DNA from: Octopus vulgaris
Taxonomy: Eukaryota
Direction: 5' to 3'
DNA length: 64,000 nt
Assembly (NCBI GenBank): GCA_951406725.2
Contig: OX597842.1
Coordinates: 33,542,001-33,606,000 of the forward strand
A program made the translations under genes and the position numbers. Each line of letters opens with the position of its first letter. The stretch's first letter is position 1. The notes under the pieces are model-generated. The model was given only the letters and a program-made list of their open reading frames with translations. It had not been told where the DNA came from and searched no databases. This document shows positions 42,571 through 56,828 of the stretch, in pieces.

Positions 42571-43139
42571 AATACCATGTATTCTGCATAGAATCGTCCA
42601 AGTACACACACACACACATATATATATATATACACACACACAAATACACATACATACATACATACATACATACATACATACATACATACATACATACACA
42701 TTTATATATGCAAGCACATTGGAGACCTTGAACGATATTTCGGCGCATGCGTGTGAACGGCGGAAGTGGAGTGTAGAGGAGAGGAGAGAAGAGGTGACGC
42801 GATGACGAAAGCCGTGCTTAGCTGTGACTCCCCCGTTCCCGGGCCCCTGGGGCGGGGCAGCGAAAACTCCGAAAACTTCCTCGGGGCAAAGATACAGCAA
42901 AGGTGCAGGTCGATATGTCGTCTCATTAAATGATACATAAACGCCAGGGGATAATTTCGGCTGTGGGAGCTCAACAACAACAAGAAGAACAACAAGAAGA
43001 ACAACAACAACTACGCCGACGAAGAAGACGACGGCGGCGCCGCCGGAGAGGGGAACAATTGCAGCGTGTTCAGTTGCAATAACAAAGACACAATTAATGA
43101 GGTGAGTTGATGAGGTTGTGAAGAGGAGGAAAGGATATT

Positions 43140-43211
43140 ATGATGGTGGTGATGGTGGCGGCGGTGGTGGTGGTGGTAGTGCTGATGGTGGTGGTGGTGG
43201 AAGTGTTGGTG

Positions 43212-43243
<32 letters not shown>

Positions 43244-43329
43244 GATGGTGGTGGCGGTATTGCTGGTGTTGTAGTTGGTGTTGTTGGTCGTGGTGGTAGT
43301 GCTGATGGTGGTGGTGGTGGAAGTGTTGG

Positions 43330-43360
<31 letters not shown>

Positions 43361-43500
43361 GATGGTGGTGGCGGTATTGCTGGTGTTGTAGTTGGTGTTG
43401 TTGGTCGTGGTGGTGGTGCTGATGGCGGCGGCGGTGATAGTGTTGGTGTTGTTGGTGGTGGTGGTAATGGTGGTGGTGGCGGTGGTGGTAGTGTTGCTGG

Positions 43501-43534
<34 letters not shown>

Positions 43535-43685
43535 GGCGGTGGTGGTGGTGCTGATGGTGTCGGTGGTGGTGCTGATGGTGGCGGTGGTATTAGTGCTGGT
43601 GTTGTTGTTGTTGGTGGTGGTGGTGGCGGTGATGCTGATGGCGGCGGTGGTAGTAGTGCTGTTGTTGTTGTTGTAGTTGTTGTTG

Positions 43686-43719
<34 letters not shown>

Positions 43720-44221
43720 TGATCTGCAGAGAGATATTGGTGTTCATGACGGCGATGGTTGTAATAACGTTAATGGTTATTGTTATTGATGATGATGATG
43801 ATGATGATGGTGATGGTGGTGGTGGTGGTGGTTAATGGCGGAGGCGCTGGTGGTTGTGATCTGCTGAGAGATATTGATGGTGTTTCATGACGGTGATGCT
43901 GGTGATGACGAAAACAGCGCTGACAGTAACAATAGCGATGACGATGATAATGATGATGATGATGAAGAGAAATTATTGATGGTGGTGGTTGTGATGAGTA
44001 ACGAAGGAATTGATGATGGTGGTGGTGGTGGTGACGACGGCGCTGACAGTAATAATAACGATGATGATGATGATGAAGAGAAATTATGGTGGTGGCGGCG
44101 GACTTGGTGGTAATGCTCGTAATGATGATGATGATGGTGGTGATGGTGGGTCCATTGGTGGTGGTCACGATTACGTTGTCTGAGATAATCTTGGCAGTAG
44201 TATAGTGGTGATGATGATGAG

Positions 44222-44254
<33 letters not shown>

Positions 44255-45460
44255 GATGATTATAATGGTGACGATGACGATGATGAGGAGGAGGAGAAGG
44301 AGGAAGATGAGGAGGAGGAGGAGAAAGAGGAGGAAGAAGATAACGAAGATGATGATGATGAGAAGGAGAAGGGGAGGAAAATGACGATGATGATGATGAT
44401 GAGGAGGAGGAGGAGGTGGGGGTGGAGAAAGATGAAGATGGCGATGATAATAATGAGGAGGAAGATGACGGTGAGGAAGAAGAGGAGGTTGACGATGAGA
44501 AAGAAGAGGAGAAAGAAGAGGAGGAAGTGGAGGATGACGGTGAGAAAGAAGGGGAGGAAGAAGAGCTGGAAGAGGAGGATGACGGGGAAGAGGAGGAAGA
44601 TGGCGATGATTGTGATGATGATGATGATGGTTATGGTGATGTTGCAGTTGCTAATGACGATGATGATGATTATGATGATGATGATAACAATGTTCACAGT
44701 GGTTATGATAGTGACGATGATGACGATGAAGATCGTGTTGTGTTCCCCGGGTACAGGAGGTGGCGGAGCGGGGCAGCGTCGGTGGTGTGACACCATTTCC
44801 GTGTTCTGTCATTAATAGGTTAATGAGTGAAATATAATTAAAAGGCGGCGGCGGCGGCGTAGGGTCTTAGGATGGGTTGTGGGGAGGGGGTGATGGTAGG
44901 TGGTTTGGGACGAAGGACGGAGGTTAGCATCGGCGAAGTTACGGGTGGTATTCGGGGTATTGAGAGTGTGAATTGTGATAGTACCGTCTCCGGGTAGAAG
45001 GGTGAGATGGCGTGGGAGTTTGTGGTTTTGGGGCGATGAAGTTGGTGGTGGAGATTATGTTGGTGATGGTCGTGCTCATGATAGTGGAGATGGTGGTGGT
45101 GGTGGTGGTGGTGGTGGTGGTGACGGTGGTGGTGGTGGTGGTGGTGACGGTGCTCGTGGTGGTGGTGGTAGTAGTAGCAGTGGTGGTGGTATTGACTGTG
45201 GTGGTAGTGGTGGTTGTGGTGGCGGTGCTCGTGGTGGTGGTGCTCGTGGTGGTGGTGGTGGTGGTGGCATTGGTGGTGACGCTCGTGGTGTTGGTGGGTG
45301 GGTGGTGGTGGTGGTGGGAGGAGCTCATGGTGATGATGGCAGTAGCAGTAGTGGTGGTGGTGGTGGTGGTGGTGTTGTTTGTAGAGGAGCAGTGCTCGTG
45401 GTGATGGTGATATTGACGGTGGTGGTAGCGGTGGTTGTGGTGGTGGTGGTGGTGTGGTGG
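43140..45460. repeat. Compound (GGT/GTT/GAT/GAG)n trinucleotide field
   Basis: Direct reading; short unique interruptions. Confidence 0.9.
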
Positions 45461-46093
45461 TGTTGTTAATGGTGGCGGAGCTTATGTTGGTGATTGAGGT
45501 GTTGGTGATGTTTGGGATGATGGTCGTTTATGTAGAGTCGTTGTTGTTGTTGTTGTTGTTGGAGGTGGTGGTGGTGGTGTTGGTGAAAGGGTTTGTGGTG
45601 GCATCAGTGATTAGTACTAATGTCATTGTGACAGCTGTGGTAGTCATGAGGGCGGTGGTGACGGTTGTGTTGCAAGATAGCAGGATGTAATATGAGACAC
45701 ATTTAGGCTCGGAGACAAGGCTCAGAATGCATGCAACATATATGATTCTATGAGATGTCCTCAAAAGGCCTTTCGCGATAGGGGGTCGTTCAAGGAATGT
45801 CGGAGTTAGCTTCCTCTTTTAGTGAACTTCGCTGAACACATCTAAAGGCCAGATGGTGGCCTTAAACGAGACGATGGGCTGTGAACCACGCAAAACGGGA
45901 ATGGTCACCAAGTGCCAGATTCTGTTACTTAATGTGACCAACGATTACATCCACTGTGCTTAAACAGGTGTGGCAACAAGTGACCAGAAAGTGGGATACA
46001 CCGCGATGATGGATTAACAATAACCACTCCAAAACATGAATGGAAACCCAATGGATAGTTGATGGCGTTAACTGTGACGCCAGATTTCTTATA

Positions 46094-46459
46094 AACATTC
46101 CTTTTGTCATCACCCACAACCCAAGAAATCACGACTTCATTAATACTGCAGATGGATACCCCCGCCCCATTAATTTATAGCCAACGTCAAGCACCAAACC
46201 TAAAAGAAGCTTTTAACCCAAGAAAGATTTACAAAAGAAACAACAAAGAACGTCCAAAAATGTGGTAACCCCCGCTGTGGAATGTCTGAGTATACTGAAG
46301 AAGGAGAACAAAGTACTTTCAAGGACAACAACACTTAAAATAAATGCAAATATGAATTGCAAATCTTATCTACTGTGCCACAAGTCCCGGGCATTGGACT
46401 ATATGAGAGAGTAAGGGTACATAAGCAACAAATCCATGACCTCTTCCTTTAGAAACACC
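46094..46459 (+). pseudogene. Decayed Penelope-like element, linker and GIY-YIG endonuclease region
   Basis: Frameshifted peptides NIPFVITHNPRN, LIYSQRQAPNLK, VQKCGNPRCG, NMNCKS, LIYCAT and LYERVRVHKQQI, in the order typical of a Penelope ORF C-terminus. Confidence 0.8.
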
Positions 46460-46465
46460 ATCAAG

Positions 46466-47995
46466 AATGACGATGGGATTGCCCCTAGAATGTTACCCTC
46501 CAAGGCCTAAGTCCGGGCAAGGTTGTTTATGGAAGACCAATCGTCACCCATGAATACCAGCCTCACCTCTCCACGTCATTATATGTACATAGAGTACAGG
46601 GTAAAGACCCCCTTCGGTCATGGATGACGGTGGGATTGCACCTAGAATGTTACCCTCCAAGGCCTAAGTCCGGGCAAGGTTGTTTATGGAAGACCAATCG
46701 TCACCCATGAATACCAGCCTCCCCTCTCCACGTCATTATATGTACATAGAGTACAGGGTAAAGACCCCCTTCGGTCATGGATGACGGTGGGATTGCCCCT
46801 AGAATGTTACCCTCCAAGGCCTAAGTCCGGGCAAGGTTGTTTATGGAAGACCAATCGTCACCCATGAATACCAGCCTCCCATTCTCCACGTCATTATATG
46901 TACATAGAGTACAGGGTAAAGACCCCCTTCGGTCATGGATGACGGTGGGATTGCCCCTAGAATGTTACCTCCAAGGCCTAAGTCCGGGCAAGGTTGTTTA
47001 TGGAAGACCAATCGTCAGCCATGCATACCAGCCTCCCCATTCTCCACGCCATTATATGTACATAGAGTACAGGGTAAAGACCCCCTTCGGTCATGGATGA
47101 CGGTGGGATTGCCCCTAGAATGTTACCCTCCAAGGCCTAAGTCCGGGCAAGGTTGTTTATGGAAGACCAATCGTCACCCATGAATACCAGCCTCCCCTCT
47201 CCACGTCATTATATGTACATAGAGTACAGGGTAAAGACCCCCTTCGGTCATGGATGACGGTGGGATTGCCCCTAGAATGTTACCTCCAAGGCCTAAGTCC
47301 GGGCAAGGTTGTTTATGGAAGACCAATCGTCACCCATGAATACCAGCCTCCCCTCTCCACGTCATTATATGTACATAGAGTACAGGGTAAAGACCCCCTT
47401 CGGTCATGGATGACGGTGGGATTGCCCCTAGAATGTTACCCTCCAAGGCCTAAGTCCGGGCAAGGTTGTTTATGGAAGACCAATCGTCACCCATGAATAC
47501 CAGCCTCCCCTCTCCACGTCATTATATGTACATAGAGTACAGGGTAAAGACCCCCTTCGGTCATGGATGACGGTGGGATTGCCCCTAGAATGTTACCCTC
47601 CAAGGCCTAAGTCCGGGCAAGGTTGTTTATGGAAGACCAATCGTCAACCATGCATACCAGCCTCCCTCTCCACGTCATTATATGTACATAGAGTACAGGG
47701 TAAAGACCCCCTTCGGTCATGGATGACGGTGGGATTGCCCCTAGAATGTTACCCTCCAAGGCCTAAGTCCGGGCAAGGTTGTTTATGGAAGACCAATCGT
47801 CAGCCATGCATACCAGCCTCCCCATTCTCCACGCCATTATATGTACATAGAGTAAAGGGTAAAGAGCCCCATCGGTCATGGATGGTGATGAGATTGCCCC
47901 CTAGAATATTACCCTCCGAGTTCGAAGTTCGGGTAAGGTTGTTTATGGAAGACTGGCGAGTCGCCAATGTATACCGGCTTCTCCTCTCCACGCCA
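46466..47995 (-). repeat. ~157-bp tandem array (~10 units) derived from SINE tail type 3
   Basis: GTAAAGA junctions at 46601, 46758, 46916, 47074, 47231, 47387, 47544, 47700, 47859. Unit is the reverse complement of ~11415-11543 plus flank. Confidence 0.93.
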
Positions 47996-48165
47996 CCGAT
48001 GTTATCCAAGCGTGAGGCAAAGGGGCCGATACGGCTTGACCCCAGTGACTTTGCAGCTCATTTCTACAGCTGCGTGAACTGGAGCAACGTTTAAGGACTT
48101 GGGAATCGAACTCACAAACTTACGATTATAATCCCAACGCTCTAACCACAGTCATATACTTCCAC
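47860..48165 (-). mobile_element. Decayed SINE with tail type 3 (parent of the array)
   Basis: Minus-strand B box GAGTTCGATTCCC at ~48101-48113; tail continuous with the array. Confidence 0.7.
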
Positions 48166-48392
48166 ATGTGCATCACTTCTTTTATTTGTTTAAGTCATTA
48201 AACTGTGGCCATGCTGGGGCACCACCTTTGACAAATTTTAGTTGAACAAACCGACCCGAGGACCTATGTTTGGGAAACCTTATTCTATCGATTTTTTTTG
48301 ACGAAGCGATAGAATTTGGGGAGATAAAGATACAAACACCGGTTGTGGCAGAAGTGGACACACACACACACAAACACACGCGCACTCACACA

Positions 48393-48432
<40 letters not shown>

Positions 48433-48500
48433 CATCTGTTAATCACCTCTCAGTTTTTGTATAGTTATATATTATATACACACAGAAATAATTATATGAG

Positions 48501-48554
<54 letters not shown>

Positions 48555-48580
48555 CATACATGCATACATACATATATATG

Positions 48581-48620
<40 letters not shown>

Positions 48621-48886
48621 CATATATATATATATATACATTCATATATATATACATATATATATAAACATACATATATATATATACATATACACACACA
48701 CACACACATATATATATAACAACAATCATACACACACATACACACACGTATATAGACACACGCACAGACAATCCAAAGTATTTATTTCTATTCACACAAT
48801 CTTCCTATTCATTATTTTATATACATTCCTGTTTGAACACCTATATATTTGTGTGTATATACGTACGTATGTATGTACATTCCTAC

Positions 48887-48919
<33 letters not shown>

Positions 48920-49260
48920 TATATACACGCAGATACAATACATATATTTGTTATCCTGGTTTTTGTTGCTGGCTTGACGCCATTGTGGACTGTCATATCA
49001 TCCTGGAAATTCTTTTGAGTCTCGAAAAGAAATAATAAAAAAATATGAAACGTAAAGAAATAAAGATAGACCGGTGCTTGTGTGTCACTGTTTGTGGGTG
49101 TGCTCTTGTGTGGGTGTGAGAGAGAGACAGATACATGCATGCATGCGTATATGAATACGTATGTAGATACGCACGTAGGTACTTATATAGGGGGGAAAAG
49201 ATTGACGTACGGAGACACAGACAGATAGGTAGATAGACAGACGGACAGATAGATAGATAT

Positions 49261-49441
49261 GTTTCTTTATTAGCCACACAGGGCTGCACACAGATAGAAC
49301 AAATTACAAGGTAGAGCTTTTCTTTTGAATGTTTAAAAAAAAAAAAAAAAAAAAAAAGTAAGGGGGAGTTTCGATCAAAAGGGATCGTAAAAGGAGAGAA
49401 GGAGGACAAAAAAAAGGGGGGTTAAAAAAAAGGGGGAGAGG

Positions 49442-49474
<33 letters not shown>

Positions 49475-50113
49475 CAATAGGGATCGTTATCACAGAAATG
49501 TCAATATGAAGTGTAAAGGGGAGGACAGGTGAGGTTTACCCGTGGAAAGAAAAGCCTACGGAAAAGACCACGGTAACCTCGGTCAATGAGGTCACATTTT
49601 ATATTTCTTTTTTTTTTTTTTTTTTTTTTTTGCAAATAAGCAACTCTCTGTTTTCGATTTCTGGGTTCATAGGACTATGCTCAAGGTGGCTTCGTCATTC
49701 ATACGTGCCATTCTTGCTACATTCACCCATCTTTTTTTAAAACATTCGCTAGACAAAACTTGCCTCTCTACTCTCACTTTCCTTTTCAAGTGGTACTTGA
49801 AGAAGTTGATGAGAGATTGACCAGAGAGGAAAGTGTTTGTCTCCAATCCTTTCAGACGCGTCCACCAGATACATTCTTTCGCCATAGCCACAAGGATGAT
49901 GAAAATAGCTCTTCCTTCCCGTTTGAAGGAAGGAGGCGTGACAATATTGACGATAGACTCAGCTGATAAACCGACTCGTCCCACACGTGACAGCAGTTGT
50001 TCGACATAAGCCCACAGGTCGGAAATTGTTGGACACTGAACGAGTGCGTGCAGAACGGTTTCGTCGCTCTGACCGCATCTCGGGCAGGTCGGCCCCGTGT
50101 TTCTCGAGCCGTG
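49261..50113 (-). mobile_element. 5'-truncated Tx1/L1-type non-LTR retrotransposon inside (GATA)n
   Basis: ORF2 C-terminus, ~400-nt 3' UTR, AATAAA at 49266-49271, GATA repeats on both flanks. Confidence 0.88.
49667..50113 (-). CDS. ORF2 C-terminal fragment (148 aa) with zf-RVT CCHC zinc finger
   Basis: CPRCGQSDETVLHALVQC, AKECIWWTR and FKKRW motifs typical of Tx1/L1 ORF2; no stops or frameshifts. The upstream SIYL part of the listed ORF is (ATCT)n artefact. Confidence 0.85.
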   Translation of the reverse strand, partial: HGSRNTGPTCPRCGQSDETVLHALVQCPTISDLWAYVEQLLSRVGRVGLSAESIVNIVTPPSFKREGRAIFIILVAMAKECIWWTRLKGLETNTFLSGQSLINFFKYHLKRKVRVERQVLSSECFKKRWVNVARMARMNDEATLSIVL

Positions 50114-50546
<433 letters not shown>

Positions 50547-50691
50547 CATACATACATACATGCAAAGAGATAGATGGACCGAGAGATAGACAGATAGACA
50601 CACTGATGGATAGATAGATCGATATATACATAGATTGAGAGATAGATAGATAGATAGATAGATAGAAAGAGTGAGAGAGTAAGAGAGGGAC

Positions 50692-50741
<50 letters not shown>

Positions 50742-50881
50742 AGAGGTAGATAGATAGAGAGAGAGAGGGATAGATAGATACATATATAGACAGAAAGAGA
50801 GATAGTGAGAGAGGAACAGATAGATTGATAGATAGATAAATAGATGGAGAGAGAGAGAGAGAGAGAGAGAGGGATAGATAG

Positions 50882-50949
<68 letters not shown>

Positions 50950-51338
50950 GTAGATAGATAGATATATAGATAAATTGAGGTAATTATGGAACATGGGTCG
51001 AGTTATTACATGATTGTTATGGACCGTTGCACACACATATATACAGTTATAACTCTCACACGCGGATGCACACGCATACACACACACAGACACACATACA
51101 CACACAAACGCAAGGCACCACACACACATACACACACCCAATCATACGCTCCCAGACATGAAAGTTAACTACAAACCACAGAACCGCGACGACGCGGATT
51201 CCTCCTCTTTATGGGAAGGTCATGACAGGTGCGCCGTGTGTGTATGTGTGTGCGTGTGTATGTATGCGTGTATGTGTGTGTGAGTATGAGTGTGTGAGTA
51301 TGTGTGTGTTTATAAAATGATATAGACTGTACGTATAC

Positions 51339-51393
<55 letters not shown>

Positions 51394-51428
51394 GTATATA
51401 TATATGTATATGTGAGCGTATGTATATA

Positions 51429-51492
<64 letters not shown>

Positions 51493-51811
51493 TGTATATA
51501 AAATATTTCCACACACACACATATATATGTATGCGGTATGGCCCAGAAGTAGGTTTACAGTTATTCAACTATCTCTTTAGCATTCATGTATTAACCGTTT
51601 AGATCTTAATTATAAAAAAATATTAAGCCATTACTCTATGCTAATTTAGTTAATTGTAAGATAGAAATTTAAAAGTAATAAATTGTTTTAACGCATATTT
51701 AAAGTGCTCACGTGCCACGTGAAAGCCTTATAACCCTGTATAGAGAGAGAGTTGTATATGTGTATATATATATATATATATAAGTATACATCAGTACATA
51801 TATATATATAT

Positions 51812-52124
51812 ATCACCGTGATCACCGTGACCGCCCAGGCTATCAGATGTTGCTACACAACGCTGGTCACAATGCGCTTCGAATTGTTTTAGCCTTCAAA
51901 TGACGCCACCCCGCTGGCTAAGCGAGCAGGCCAACAGAAGAAAGAGTGAGAGAAAGTTGTGGTGAAAGAGTACAGCAGGGATCACCACCATCCCCTGTCG
52001 GAGCCTCGTGGAGTTCAGAGTGTTTTCGCTCAATAAATACACACAACACCAGGTCTGGGAATCGAAACCGCGATCCACCGACCGCGAATCCGCTGCCCTA
52101 ACCACTGGGCCATTGCGCTTCCAC
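51812..52124 (-). mobile_element. SINE family B (tail type 2)
   Basis: Reverse complement of 1261-1576. Confidence 0.9.
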
Positions 52125-52156
52125 ATACACACACACACACACACAAACTTGTAATA

Positions 52157-52488
52157 CGAAGGTGAGTCAAACAGTAATGCCATTTTGTTTAGGACAGGTA
52201 TAATTACCAGCACAGGAACATGTATCATACATCAAAATGAAGCTGGTCCTCTGTGGATCACATCCCTACTCCTCAACATAGTCACTGTTTCTCTCAATAG
52301 CAATGTTCCACCTTCAAATGAGAGCATGTATCCCTGTCCCATAAAATTCTGTCGACTGTTCTTTGAGCCATTTCTTCAACAGTTTTCACCTCCTTGTCAC
52401 TGAAAGGATGTTTGCCTCTCAAACCCTCTTTCATGGGGCCGAAGAGATGATAGTCTGAAGGCGCTAAATCTGGTGAGTGTGGAGGTAT
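52157..52488 (-). mobile_element. Mariner transposon 3' fragment with TIR
   Basis: Minus strand PPHSPDLAPSDYHLFGPMKEGLRGK, frameshift, KKWLKEQSTEFYGTGIHALI*RWNIAIERNSDYVE. Terminus TA|CGAAGGTGAGTCAAA. Confidence 0.9.
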
Positions 52489-52590
52489 TGAAGAAGTGAC
52501 TCAAAAAAAGTTAGTTACGACGATGTAAACGTACCAGTACCGGTTATCAAGCAGTGTTGGGGGATAAACACAGACACAAAGACACACACA

Positions 52591-52653
<63 letters not shown>

Positions 52654-52655
<2 letters not shown>

Positions 52656-52861
52656 ACTCGTTTCAGCTATTTGACTGCGGCCATGCTGGAGCACCGCCTT
52701 TAATCGAGCAACTCGACCCCGAAACTTATTCTTTTTGTAAGCCCAGTACTTATTCTATCGGTCTCTTTTGCCGAACCGCTAAGTGACGGGGACATAAACA
52801 CACCAGCATCGGTTGTCAAGCAATGCTCGGGGGACAAACACAGACACACAAACACACACAC

Positions 52862-52912
<51 letters not shown>

Positions 52913-53074
52913 TACGACAGGCTTCTTTCAGTTTCCGTCTACCAAATCCACTCACAATGCTTTGGTCGGCCCGAGGCTATAATAGAAGACACTTGTCCAA
53001 GGTGCCACGCAGTGGGAATGAACCCGGAACCATGTGGTTGGTAGACAAGCTACTTACCACACAGCCACTCCTGC
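52654..53074 (-). mobile_element. SINE family A
   Basis: Full copy. Confidence 0.9.
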
Positions 53075-53324
53075 TGTGAAATACGAAATGGGACAAGAAC
53101 ACAAAACATCCGGACAACTAGATGATACAAAAAGGGACGACAAAAATCCAGATAGATGATACAAAAAAACACGGACGGGTCATTCGTAGCCTCTAATCAT
53201 CAGTCAAGTACCAGATCATTCTCGCAATTTCGGCTGATTAATCTTGAGATTGCTCCAATCTGGCCAGCCCCAAGGAAAAACTAAGCTAAGAGCATTAGAT
53301 TTCTTAGAAGAAAGCATCGAATGT

Positions 53325-53800
53325 ATAGTATAGTAGTTAGTATTAGTGGCTACAGTTATTATTGTTGTTGTTAAGCCCTAGGTCAGTCCTGATCCAGACA
53401 GACATATGATCAAAGATGTTCCAGTTGTGACCAGCCCATCTTTTATTCAGGCATAGTGTATCTAGGACTACATTATCTAATGTACAGTATAGTAGTTAGT
53501 ATTAGTGGTGATAGTTGTTGTTGTTGTTTAGCCCAAGGCCAGTCCTGGCCATAACAGACCTATGATCAAAGCCGTTCCAGCTGTGACCATCCCAAATTTT
53601 ATTCAGGCATAGTGTATCTAGGACTACATTGTCTAATATATAGTATAGTAGTTAGTATTAGTGGCTATAGTTATTGCTGTTTAGCCCCAGGTCGGTCCTG
53701 ATCCAGGCAGACCTACGATCAAAAAAAGTTCCAGCTGTGACCATCCCATCTTTTATTCAGGCATAGTGTATCAAGGACTACATTATCTAATGTATAGCTA
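53325..53800 (-). repeat. ~153-bp tandem repeat x3, same unit as 41941-42570, inverted
   Basis: TTTTATTCAGGCATAGTGTATC recurs three times. Confidence 0.9.
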
Positions 53801-53856
53801 TAGTAAATATGAATGACTATCGTTATTGTTCTTGTTACTGTTGTTGTTGTTTCACC

Positions 53857-53899
<43 letters not shown>

Positions 53900-54571
53900 T
53901 TTCTTACAACATATTATAGTGCAGCTACTACTACGACTACTACAATTTATACTACAACTAATAATGCGACTACTACTAATTATACAAGTACTATGACTAC
54001 CACTACAACCACTACTACCACTACTGCAACTACTACACGAACAACTAAGGCAAGCCTTCCCCGCCCCCATCATTTCTCTCCCACGCCTGTATCTTAGTCA
54101 ATTCCAATGTTATGGTATGAATAGCTTCGCCGCATTTTCTCACCTTCATACCGCCATTGCTTCGACGATGGACGCCATTAAAACTAGTAACACAAAACGG
54201 CATTTGGCTAAAGAGACCGCCATATTTCCTCTTGGAACTGTGTGGAATTTCAATGGTTACATTCCTTCCATCCCTGCTCCCTTACTACAGTGTGTGTGTT
54301 TGTGTGTTGCTTACATACACGTATATACAGACTTACTATACACATGCACATACACACACACACACACATAGACACACAGATAAATAGATAGATAGATTTT
54401 GCTAAACACAATTATACACTCGTATATAGAAATATTCATATATGTGTATTTATATACATATGTATATCTATCTACCTATCTATCTATCTATCTATCTATA
54501 TATATCTATCTATCTATCTGTCTATCTATCTATCTATCTATCTCTCTATATATACCTACCTACCTACCTAC

Positions 54572-54621
<50 letters not shown>

Positions 54622-54687
54622 CTCTATATATACCTACCTACCTATCTATCTATCTATCTATCTATCTCTCTATATATACCTACCTAC

Positions 54688-54737
<50 letters not shown>

Positions 54738-54807
54738 CTACCTACCTACCTATCTCTTTATATATACCTACCTACCTATCTATCTATCTATCTCATCTAT
54801 CTATCTA

Positions 54808-54906
<99 letters not shown>

Positions 54907-55012
54907 CCTTCTCTCTATATATGCATACATATCTATATGCATGCACACACATACACACAAACACACACACACACACGCACGCACACACTCACAAACACAC
55001 GCACACACATAT

Positions 55013-55039
55013 ATATGAATATAAACAAGCATGTATATA

Positions 55040-55070
<31 letters not shown>

Positions 55071-55432
55071 GCATGGCTATATACAAAATCACCTTGACAA
55101 CTCAAACCCATACACACACACCTATGCATACATGAGTCTATACATATATGTATATACACACACAAACATACAAACACACTCCCACGCATATACACGTGAA
55201 ATTTATATACATATGTGTGTGTATGTATACATAAGTACCTATATATATATACACATACACTATATCTATATACACACACAAATACACGCACAAACACATA
55301 TATGAATATAAACAAGCATGTATATATATATATATATATATATATACAGGGCTGTATACAAAACCACCTTGACAACTCAAACCCATACATACCTACACAC
55401 CTATGCATACATGAGTCTATATATATACATAC

Positions 55433-55463
<31 letters not shown>

Positions 55464-55590
55464 CAAACATACTCCCACGCATATGCACATGAACTTTATA
55501 TACATAAGTGTGTATGTACACATAAGTACCTATATCTCTCTCTATATATATACATACACTATATCTATATACACACACATACACACACAC
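55013..55590. repeat. ~287-bp tandem duplication
   Basis: TGAATATAAACAAGCATG at 55016 and 55303; CACCTTGACAACTCAAACCCATAC occurs twice. Confidence 0.85.
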
Positions 55591-55939
55591 ACACACCTAT
55601 ATACACCCATGCTCGCTATTCTTGTAATCATTATGAAGACAGACGGATATTCCTGGTGACTAAGAAACAGATTTTCACCTCCCACCCTTCGCTCTTTGTT
55701 CGTTGATTCTCTCATCCTTTCTTCCTATTTCTTTCATTTAAAACTTCCTTCCTTTATTTCATTCATTCTTTCGTTCATTATCTCATTCGTCTTCCTTCGT
55801 TCTGTGTCTCTTTCTTTGGTTTTTCTGTGTGAATTTCGAAGGCCTCGACACAAAAAGTTTCCAAGTTTTTCACCGCGTGTTTAAGAGAGGAAACGGTACG
55901 ATGGGGACTACACCCGGTCCGTGAATGTGTCTATAGCTA

Positions 55940-56390
55940 TGTATGTATGTATGTGTGTATGTTTGTATCTATATATGTATATATGTATGTGTGTAAGTAT
56001 GTATGTATGTATGTATGTATGTATGTATGTATGTATGTATGTATGTGTGTATGTATGTGTGCAGGTATGTATATATGTATGTGTGTATGTATGTATGTAT
56101 GTATGTATGTATGCATGTATGTATGTATGTATGTGTGTATGTATGTATGTGTGTATGTATGTGTGTATGTATGTGTGTGTATGTATGTACGTATGTATGT
56201 ATGTATGTGTGTATGTGTGTATGTATGTATGTATGTATGTATGTATTTATGTATATATGTATGTATGTATGTATGTGTGTATGTATGTATGTGTGTATGT
56301 ATGTATGTATGTATGTGTGTGTATGTATGTATGTATGTGTGTATGTATGTGTGTATGTATGTATGTATTTGTGTGTGTATATGTATTTAT
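55940..56390. repeat. (TATG/TGTG)n microsatellite
   Basis: Direct reading. Confidence 0.95.
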
Positions 56391-56532
56391 TTGTGTGTTT
56401 ATTGCATTCCGAAGCTATATATTTCATAATATATATATATACATATGTATATATGTGTGAGTGAGTTTATGTTTGGACTATTGTAGCCTTGCAACAATGT
56501 GTGTGTGTGTATGTTTGTGCGTGCATGTGCTA

Positions 56533-56573
<41 letters not shown>

Positions 56574-56785
56574 TCTATAATATTTAAGTATATATATACG
56601 GTTAGGGCTTATGTTAGGCTCATAAAGGGATGATGTATTTATATATATATAAATATATAAGTATATATATATATATACATGTGTGTGTATACATATATAT
56701 GTGTACATACATTCATTCCAATAATTTTACACACATAAGGTTATATATACTTTTATATATTTACCTTTATTCGTATATTCTTACT

Positions 56786-56828
<43 letters not shown>

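Noticed and set aside
46466-47995. CRISPR-like regular array (also 6140-7083 and 12522-13625)
   Set aside because: No unique spacers; units are plain tandem copies in eukaryotic DNA.
53080-53325. Minus-strand CUGAUGA and GAAA motifs
   Set aside because: I could not assemble consistent stems I-III; probably a repeat tail.
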